Positions 57,474 to 64,000 of a stretch of DNA of 64,000 nt are shown one piece after another. The notes under the pieces were generated by a model, which worked only from the letters and a program-made list of their open reading frames with translations, had not been told where the DNA came from and made no database searches. Source of the DNA: Acidimicrobiia bacterium (GTDB taxonomy: Bacteria > Actinomycetota > Acidimicrobiia > Spongiisociales > UBA5794); contig JBFGCM010000007.1 of assembly GCA_041581135.1 (NCBI GenBank), positions 1,963 through 65,962 on the forward strand, in the 5' to 3' direction. How positions within the stretch are numbered: position 1 is the first letter of the stretch; every line of letters starts with the position of its first letter. The translations under genes and the position numbers were made by a program.

Positions 57474-57575
57474 GGTCAGCCCCCCGGAGCGCTGGCGCCA
57501 AAAGGGAAGCGGGCGGAGTAAGGGGCCTTCCTAATGGCATCCGGAGGGCTGACGATGGGCCAGCCTGGGCTGACC
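57462..57575 (-). ncRNA. structured leader between mraZ and rsmH (mraW-RNA-motif position)
   Basis: 14-bp outer stem (57540-57553 with 57475-57488) enclosing TGCCA/TGGCG and GGAAG/CTTCC inner stems and a pyrimidine-rich loop. Position matches the actinobacterial mraW RNA motif; family identity not verified. Confidence 0.6.
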
Positions 57576-57629
57576 GCGTGCCGACGGTGGTATCTCGGTT
57601 GGTGTGGTGTCGTAGACATGTCGCGTGCA

Positions 57630-58055
57630 TCAGATTCCGTACTCGCTGAACTCGGTGTCGGCGTAGGCGACGTCGGCCTCGGAGACGATCTCCTCCCAAC
57701 GCGGTGTCGACCAGATCTCGATCCGATCGGCCACCCCGACGACGGTGACGTCCTTGTCGAGCCCGGCGAACTCGCGGAGCACCGGTGGGACCTGGATCCG
57801 GCCCTGCTTGTCGAGCTGCACGTCGGCAGCGCCGGCGAAGAAGGACCGGGAAAAACTGCGGGCGCGGCGGTCGCTGCGGGGAAGCCGCTTCATCTTCTCG
57901 AGCTCCTCGTCCCAACGTTCCATCGCGAACACGTAGAGACAGCGGTCCTGGCCTTTGGTGATGACGCAGCCGTCGGAGAGGGCATCACGGAACTTCCGAG
58001 GGAGGACCACACGGCCCTTCTCGTCGGCTGAGTGCTGGTACTCACCGAGAAACAC
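57630..58055 (-). CDS. mraZ: division/cell-wall cluster transcriptional repressor MraZ
   Basis: FLGEYQHSADEKGR and LDKQGRI (two DxxGR motifs), DRIEIW. Confidence 0.97.
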   Translation of the reverse strand: MFLGEYQHSADEKGRVVLPRKFRDALSDGCVITKGQDRCLYVFAMERWDEELEKMKRLPRSDRRARSFSRSFFAGAADVQLDKQGRIQVPPVLREFAGLDKDVTVVGVADRIEIWSTPRWEEIVSEADVAYADTEFSEYGI

Positions 58056-58083
58056 GCCACTCCCGTCAGTCGAGCGCTGTCTT

Positions 58084-58155
58084 CCACGAAGCCCCACTCT
58101 GCCCCACTTCCCCCCATTTGTCAACCATGTGCTCCACCTCCCCCCAGTCCGGCCA
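58084..58155 (-). promoter_or_regulatory. mraZ promoter with MraZ-box array
   Basis: (G)TGG boxes at about 10-bp period (CCA on + at 58084, 58094, 58104, 58114, 58125, 58134, 58144, 58153); TTGACA (58124-58119)-N17-CAGAGT. Confidence 0.8.
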
Positions 58156-58344
58156 GGGGGCTGCGATTCGGTCGCACCACTCGCTGCGGTGAGCGTCAGG
58201 AAGTCACTGGTGTGATGGAGATGACGCGCGCGCCACTCGGTGCCGCCCAATGGCTGCCCCGCGCACGATGGCGGCGTCCCTACCCCTGCGCCGCTGCGGA
58301 CGTATGATGGCCGACTCCTGCGACGCGTCCGCGAGGAACCTCAC

Positions 58345-58773
58345 ATGGAACTGATCCGCCACGTCGTCGTCCTCGACGCCTCGGACATCGGAGCCGAGAG
58401 CGAGTTCTGGGCAGCCATGCTCGACGGGCAGGTCGTTGCCGACGACTCCTTCCACTGCGTCATCGACAGCGACGGGAACTGGCTGCTCGGTGTGCAGCAC
58501 GCCCCGGACCACCAACCCCCCGAGTGGCCCCACGGCCGCGCCCAGCAGGCACACCTCGATCTGCACGTGATCGATGCCGCCGCCAGTACTGCACGAGCCA
58601 TCGAACTCGGTGCCACACCGCTACGAACGGACGATGACCTCGAGGGACGGGAGGGCTTCCACGTGTTCGCCGATCCCGCCGGCCATCCGTTCTGCATCGG
58701 TTGGGGCCATCCAGACCACGACGACCTCCGCCGCTTCCTCGCCACACGCGGCACGACGAGCGACGTCGAGTGA
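58345..58773 (+). CDS. VOC/glyoxalase-family protein
   Basis: VVLDASD....SEFW, QQAHLDLHV, GA, VFADPAGHPFC. Confidence 0.9.
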   Translation: MELIRHVVVLDASDIGAESEFWAAMLDGQVVADDSFHCVIDSDGNWLLGVQHAPDHQPPEWPHGRAQQAHLDLHVIDAAASTARAIELGATPLRTDDDLEGREGFHVFADPAGHPFCIGWGHPDHDDLRRFLATRGTTSDVE

Positions 58774-58856
58774 CCACCAGCGACCACGGAGCCGGCTCTC
58801 GCACCCTCGAGCGGCACGCAATGCCGGCGCAACCGACACTTCGCTGACGCCGAGCC

Positions 58857-59324
58857 ATGTCCAGATACCGCATCACCGAGGAGGACCCACGAGGAGCCGA
58901 CGTGGCGGCGCTGCTGGCGACCCATCTGGCCTACGCCAGAGCCCACACTCCCCCTGGTCATGTGCACGCGCTGGACCTGGACGGCCTGGTCGACCCGTCG
59001 GTCACCTTCTTCGCTGTGCGGCGCGCCGGGGAGCTCCTGGGCGTGGGGGCCCTCCGCGAGCTCGACGCCTCCCATGGTGAGCTGAAGTCCATGCACACCG
59101 TGGAAGCGGCGCGGGGCCAGGGTGTCGGGACCGCGCTGGTGGCACACCTCTTGGAGGTGGCGGCGGCACGCCGCTATGTCCGCGTCAGCCTGGAGACGGG
59201 CACCATGGCGGCCTTCGCCTCTGCCCGCTCGCTCTACGCGAGCTTGGGCTTCACGCCGTGCGAGCCCTTCGGCGACTACACCCGCAATCCCCACAGCGTG
59301 TGCATGACCTTGCGGCTGGCATGA
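58857..59324 (+). CDS. GNAT-family N-acetyltransferase
   Basis: GELKSMHT...RGQGVG, LETG, A.SLY.SLGF. Confidence 0.92.
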   Translation: MSRYRITEEDPRGADVAALLATHLAYARAHTPPGHVHALDLDGLVDPSVTFFAVRRAGELLGVGALRELDASHGELKSMHTVEAARGQGVGTALVAHLLEVAAARRYVRVSLETGTMAAFASARSLYASLGFTPCEPFGDYTRNPHSVCMTLRLA

Positions 59325-59387
59325 CCGGCCCGGGGCTACATGCGCCGACCGTCGCGAACGAACGATCCGGGCTCGCGCTTCGGGCTC

Positions 59388-61304
59388 TCAGCTCGTGATC
59401 GTGAACGGCGCCTCGAGCACCGACTGACCGCCCACCTCCACGACCCATCGCCACTCCCCCGTCTCGACGGCGGCCAACGGCGACAGGTAGAACCCCCACG
59501 AGGAGAACGTGTAGCGAGGACACATCTCATCGGGTGTGATCGATGCATGCTCGCCGCCACTCGGCCGGATCAGCCGAACGACGAGGGCGCGCTCGCCGGT
59601 GGCGCACCCGTTCCACTGCAACCAGAACACCACGACGTCGTCCTGTGCGAACGGTCCCTGGAAGGAACGGACGGCCGGTACGCGCTCGGTGTGTTCCAGT
59701 CGGTCAGGCCAATGGTCGGCAACGTCGGAGTCGAGGAGGTTGAGGGTCGTCGCGGCATAGGGCAGGGCGAAGCCGGTCATCCACAAGTTCTGGCTGTTAC
59801 CGAACGGGCCCTCGAACGGATCGATCAGATCATCGCCGCCCACCCCGGTGTCGTACGGCGGCTCCAACACGGCGAAATGCAGGTGCGGATCGCTGGAGTT
59901 GCCCGACGAGCCGACCTCTGCGATCTGTTGACCTCGCCGCACGTCGTCGCCGACTTCGACCAGCACCGAGTCCTTCCGCAGATGCGAGTACCAGGTCCGC
60001 TGACCGTTGCCGTGCTGGACGAGCACGAAGTTGGACATCGGCTCGTCGCAGACACCGTGTTCGATGCCGCATGTGTTCCGATCGAAGTGCCCATCGTCCC
60101 GCGCCACGACGACGCCGTCTTCGGCTGCGTAGACGGGAACCCCTGCGTCCATCTGCTCGAAGTTCCGAAGGGTGAGGTCCAGGCCGTTGTGCTGGTCGTA
60201 CAGCCACGTCCCACCCTGATGATCGAGCACCACACCGGGACTCGGATCGTGGTCCTGGTAGTTCACCACCACCCAGTCCACGTTGGGCAGGCCTCGCACC
60301 GGAATCCCCAGCTGCAACATGGTGCTGCCCACCGGGGCGATCCACAGCGACGTGTACGTCACCAGGCCGTCCTCCGGATCGACGGAGGCGGCGATGTCGA
60401 TGGGTGCATAACCTTGCGACGACTTCTCCTCGACAAGCGCCCGATGGTCATCGTGGGTGCGGTCGACGAACACGTAGTGGCGGGGAGAGGGCGTTGCGTG
60501 CCACACCTTGGTGTGGCTCACTCCACCCTGACCATCCGGATCGACGCCGACGCGAACTGGCTGGAGGGAGGTTCCATGGTCCTCCCAGTGAAAGTCGTAA
60601 GTGCTCATTCCGTGGCGCCCGACGTAGTCGCCTCCTTCGAGATACCAGATGGCCACGTACCGCACGACGCCGCCATCGAGATACCCGTCGACGTCGATGA
60701 GCTTGAGCGGACAGGGACGCGGCACCCGGCCGGGCACAGAGGTCGCCTCGGCGAACGACGACGCAACCGGGGCCAGATCACCACGCCGGCAGGGTCGGAC
60801 AGCGAAGGTGTCCACGGCTCGCTGGAGCTGCCGGGCCGACATCCCCAGCCGGCCCATGTACACCACGTCGGGATCAACATGCCACACCGCGGCGAAACGA
60901 GCCTGGCCATCGACCTCGTATGCGGCGACCGACACCACGTAGAGGCCCTGGCGGCGCAGCGCCGCCGCCTCGCGGATCAGCTCCGGGCCGGTGAGTCCTT
61001 CGCGGACCGTCCACGCCTGAGCCGGGTCGGTTGCCTGCCATGACTCCCAGATGGCGCTGAAGAGCGCCGCTCCGGCCTCGGACGCCACAACCTCGATTCG
61101 GCTGGGCCGATACCCATCGGCTCCGAGGTCGTCCACCGCCAGGTGGAACTCGCTCGCGGTCAAGCCGTGCCTGATCACGAAGGGGTCTCCGGCAGCGACA
61201 GGATCGGTGTGCACCACGGCCGAAGTCACGACCGCCACCAGGAGAACGGCGACTCCACAGGCCACACGCCGGAAACGCACTGCGGTCGAGGGGCGGTATG
61301 CCAT
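59388..61304 (-). CDS. secreted M23-family metallopeptidase with N-terminal tandem repeats
   Basis: Signal peptide; about five ~50-aa repeats ending F/Y-x-A-I/V-W; HNGLD (HxxxD), YSHL, VGSSGNS..PHLHF (HxH); C-terminal beta-rich domain. Confidence 0.88.
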   Translation of the reverse strand: MAYRPSTAVRFRRVACGVAVLLVAVVTSAVVHTDPVAAGDPFVIRHGLTASEFHLAVDDLGADGYRPSRIEVVASEAGAALFSAIWESWQATDPAQAWTVREGLTGPELIREAAALRRQGLYVVSVAAYEVDGQARFAAVWHVDPDVVYMGRLGMSARQLQRAVDTFAVRPCRRGDLAPVASSFAEATSVPGRVPRPCPLKLIDVDGYLDGGVVRYVAIWYLEGGDYVGRHGMSTYDFHWEDHGTSLQPVRVGVDPDGQGGVSHTKVWHATPSPRHYVFVDRTHDDHRALVEEKSSQGYAPIDIAASVDPEDGLVTYTSLWIAPVGSTMLQLGIPVRGLPNVDWVVVNYQDHDPSPGVVLDHQGGTWLYDQHNGLDLTLRNFEQMDAGVPVYAAEDGVVVARDDGHFDRNTCGIEHGVCDEPMSNFVLVQHGNGQRTWYSHLRKDSVLVEVGDDVRRGQQIAEVGSSGNSSDPHLHFAVLEPPYDTGVGGDDLIDPFEGPFGNSQNLWMTGFALPYAATTLNLLDSDVADHWPDRLEHTERVPAVRSFQGPFAQDDVVVFWLQWNGCATGERALVVRLIRPSGGEHASITPDEMCPRYTFSSWGFYLSPLAAVETGEWRWVVEVGGQSVLEAPFTITS

Positions 61305-61398
61305 CACGCACCTCCCTCCTCGCTGGGTGATGTCTCACCCTTCACGCGACCACCACAGGGCCGGCCTCGCCAGAGGCGGTCGCCAGGTTCGCGTCGGA

Positions 61399-63372
61399 TC
61401 AGAGCGTCAGCGCCAGGGTCCGGCCCTCGTAGAAGGCGAGGCTGGCGCGCCGCGGCGCCACGCAGTCCCCGACCGCGTCGAACGGCAACCCCTGTGCGGC
61501 GACCGCGGAGGCGAGTCCTGTCACCGGCGCCGGCGTTTCGGCCACCACGAATGCGTCGAACGGCGCCTCCTCAGCATCGCCGGTGAGCGTCGATCGCACC
61601 ACCGCGACCGCCCCGTCCCACGAGTCGACGATCGTATGCGGCATCATGCGGCCGCCTCCGGCGACGAACCGCTTCCGCGCCGGCACGTCTGCGGCACTGT
61701 GGAACAACCCGGCCGCCACCGTCGCGCCCGCCGTCACCAGCGTCACCTCGCACCCGCGCTCCTGCAGGAACATCGCCGTGCCGATCCCCCGCCAGTCCCC
61801 CAGATCGTCGAGCAGCAGCACCCGGCCGGACACCGACGCAGACCCGTCGAGCACGTCGTGGATGGCAACCGTCTGTTCGATCCCGGGCAGGCGATCCATC
61901 CTCGGCGCCGCCCGCTGGAACCCGGCCCGCGCCGGCACCGCCCCGGTCGCCAGCACCACGCGATCCGCACCGGAGCCGACGATGTCATCCACTGAAACCA
62001 CCGACCCGAGCCAGACCTCCACTCCCAACCGACCCAGCTCCCGCTCGTACCAGTCGAGATGATCGAGGATCTGGTTCCGCGTCGGTTGGGTTCCCGCCAG
62101 TCGCCACTGGCCACCCAGCCGATCCCCCGCCTCCGCCAGCACCACCGCGTGGCCCCGCTCGGCCGCTACCCGAGCCGTCTCCAGGCCGGCCGGTCCTCCA
62201 CCCACGACGAGCACGGACACCGGCACCGCAGCCGGCTCGAATCGATCGCCGCCCCACTGGAACTCACGCCCCGCCGACGGGTTCACCAAGCACGAGATCC
62301 AATAGTCCCGGGACCGCCGTCCCCAGCACAACTGGTTGCACGAGATACACGGCCGGATCTCGTCCGGGGTGTCTCGACGCGCCTTTGCCACCAGATGCGG
62401 GTCGGCGATCTGGCCACGAACGATCGAGACCATGTCGGCGAATCCGGAGGCGATCACCTGCTCGGCGGCCGCCGGCGTCCGCACGTGGCTCTCTGCCTGC
62501 ACCACGGCGTGCGTCACCGCCTTCTTGAGCTCAGCGGCGAACGGCACTCCGAGCTGCTGGGGATACAGCGACGTCGGCATCAGTTTGTAGAAGTCGAAGT
62601 AGCTGCCGGTGCCACAGGTCACGTAGTCCATGAGCCGGCGCTCGTCGTGCCAGGCAACGATGTCGGCCAGTTCACCGAGGGACAGCGCCGGCTCGGACTC
62701 GGGATCGGCGTTGACCGCCAAGCCGATGATGAAGTCGTCACCGCAGGCATCTCGCACACGATCCAGGAGCGTCTCGGAGAATCGCATCCGGTTGTCGAAC
62801 GTGCCTCCCCAGCGATCTGTCCGCCGGTTCGACCACGGCGTCCAGAACTGATCGATCACGGCGTGGTATGCGGCGAACAGCTCGACACCGTCGAAGCCGG
62901 CCCGGCGACACCTCACTGCCGCGGCGACGAAGCCGTCGAGCAACTCCTCGATCTCGTCCTCGGACATTGTGTGGCTGCCGTCGGCGTCGTGGTAGGACGG
63001 CAGGCCCGACGGCGACCAGTTGGGGGCGAAGGAGTTGTCGGCGTCGCCGTGCTGGCCCACGTGGTAGAGCTGCTGGATCATCACCGCATCGCCGGCGTCG
63101 TTGCAGGCCTCGACCAGCCTGGCGAAGTGAGGAACCACCGAATCGTCGGCTACCCGGAAGTTGCCCCGGGTCAAGACTCCGGTGGGATGGGTCGGCATTG
63201 GTTCGACCACCACCATCCCGGCACCCCCCAGCACCCGCTCTCGGTAGTAGCCGATGTGACGCTCCGACGGCAGACCGCCCTCGGACATGTTGGCGGTGTG
63301 GGCGCCGAAGTTGATGCGGGATCGCAGCACCTTGTGGCGCAGCGGCAGCGGCTCGAACACGTGCGGGAACAT
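61399..63372 (-). CDS. OYE/FadH-type FMN, 4Fe-4S and FAD oxidoreductase
   Basis: TIM-barrel motifs (YYRER..GG.G, AGFDGVE, NRRTD.WGG..NRMRF), CISCNQLC...C cluster motif, VGGGPAG, ATG. Confidence 0.92.
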   Translation of the reverse strand: MFPHVFEPLPLRHKVLRSRINFGAHTANMSEGGLPSERHIGYYRERVLGGAGMVVVEPMPTHPTGVLTRGNFRVADDSVVPHFARLVEACNDAGDAVMIQQLYHVGQHGDADNSFAPNWSPSGLPSYHDADGSHTMSEDEIEELLDGFVAAAVRCRRAGFDGVELFAAYHAVIDQFWTPWSNRRTDRWGGTFDNRMRFSETLLDRVRDACGDDFIIGLAVNADPESEPALSLGELADIVAWHDERRLMDYVTCGTGSYFDFYKLMPTSLYPQQLGVPFAAELKKAVTHAVVQAESHVRTPAAAEQVIASGFADMVSIVRGQIADPHLVAKARRDTPDEIRPCISCNQLCWGRRSRDYWISCLVNPSAGREFQWGGDRFEPAAVPVSVLVVGGGPAGLETARVAAERGHAVVLAEAGDRLGGQWRLAGTQPTRNQILDHLDWYERELGRLGVEVWLGSVVSVDDIVGSGADRVVLATGAVPARAGFQRAAPRMDRLPGIEQTVAIHDVLDGSASVSGRVLLLDDLGDWRGIGTAMFLQERGCEVTLVTAGATVAAGLFHSAADVPARKRFVAGGGRMMPHTIVDSWDGAVAVVRSTLTGDAEEAPFDAFVVAETPAPVTGLASAVAAQGLPFDAVGDCVAPRRASLAFYEGRTLALTL

Positions 63373-63420
63373 CGGACGATCCTACGGCGCGGCGATTTCA
63401 CCCGGCCACTGCGCCTCACC

Positions 63421-63855
63421 TCACTCGGTCTTGTCCGCCTCCGCAGCCTGCTCGCGCGACTCGTCGGCGGCCTCCACTCGGGCCGCAAACCCGTCCAGCT
63501 CGCCGACGGTGGGTTCGTGCGTCCAGACCTCCACGCCCCGGAGGAACTCCTTGTGACGCTCGTACACCTCGGGTTCGGCGATCACCCGCACCGGCACTTC
63601 GGGGTCGATGACCTCCAGGTACTTCGAGAGGATGTCACGGTTTTGCGCATCGTCGAGATCGAACTCGAACACCACGCCATGGGCCTGCTGGATCATCGGA
63701 CACTGCGCCTCGGGCTCGAGCAACGGGCACGAGTGGTCGGCGTCGGGACCGTGGCACTTGGTCGTCGGATGACCGAGGCGCTCCATCAGCGCAGCGTGGG
63801 CTTCGGCGTCCCCGTGAGGCACGTCGAAGTGAATCGTGGTCTGCTCCTCGGCCAC
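63421..63855 (-). CDS. hypothetical protein with a CHGP-x-CPLL-x-CP motif
   Basis: AGGAGG SD before GTG 63855; acidic alpha/beta pattern with three spaced Cys. Confidence 0.75.
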   Translation of the reverse strand: MAEEQTTIHFDVPHGDAEAHAALMERLGHPTTKCHGPDADHSCPLLEPEAQCPMIQQAHGVVFEFDLDDAQNRDILSKYLEVIDPEVPVRVIAEPEVYERHKEFLRGVEVWTHEPTVGELDGFAARVEAADESREQAAEADKTE

Positions 63856-63945
63856 GGTCGCCTCCTTCTCCTCGACCCTATAGGCCGACAGCACTGCCAA
63901 TAGGGCCCTTGGTCCCGAACCGACTGTCGATGCGAGAATACCGTC

Positions 63946-64000
63946 ATGGCACGCTCTGCCACCGCGGTTGCGGCGATGGCGCTGGCACTGCTGGGAGCCG
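63946..64000 (+). CDS. 5' end of a probable secreted protein (truncated at the window edge)
   Basis: ATG then MARSATAVAAMALALLGA, signal-peptide-like; GAGAAT 6 nt upstream. Confidence 0.5.
   Translation, partial: MARSATAVAAMALALLGA

Overview
GC-rich core-chromosome segment of an actinobacterium, probably Acidimicrobiia-like. This is inferred from the lack of ftsA, the ftsZ-pgeF-yggS-sepF-yggT-divIVA order, the translational ileS T-box, a stand-alone trpF and many leaderless starts. Left to right: the 5' part of polA; an orphan TadE/TadG minor-pilin pair; tRNA-Leu(CAA); a trp cluster (trpE...trpC-F-B-A) interrupted by ygfZ, an OmpR-type two-component system and a lipoprotein cytochrome c; ccdA; MFS and MATE transporters; nth; xpt; thyA-folA; a Get3/ArsA-like ATPase pair; a sensor-GGDEF(degenerate)-EAL protein; dnaE; an internally deleted pfk copy followed by an intact pfkA; WS/DGAT; rluD-lspA-dksA; T-box plus ileS; a complete dcw cluster (mraZ to a very long DivIVA); then VOC, GNAT, a repeat-containing M23 peptidase and an OYE-type flavoprotein. 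I found no integrase, transposase, CRISPR array or recognisable defence system, and no clear multi-gene novel system. The most unusual signals are small cis-elements (a probable ATC start plus uORF for tadE, three competing helices over the rsmH start, an in-frame uORF with a UGA hairpin before ftsI, a duplicated element before trpE) and a few odd protein architectures. All calls come from reading motifs by eye, with no database search.
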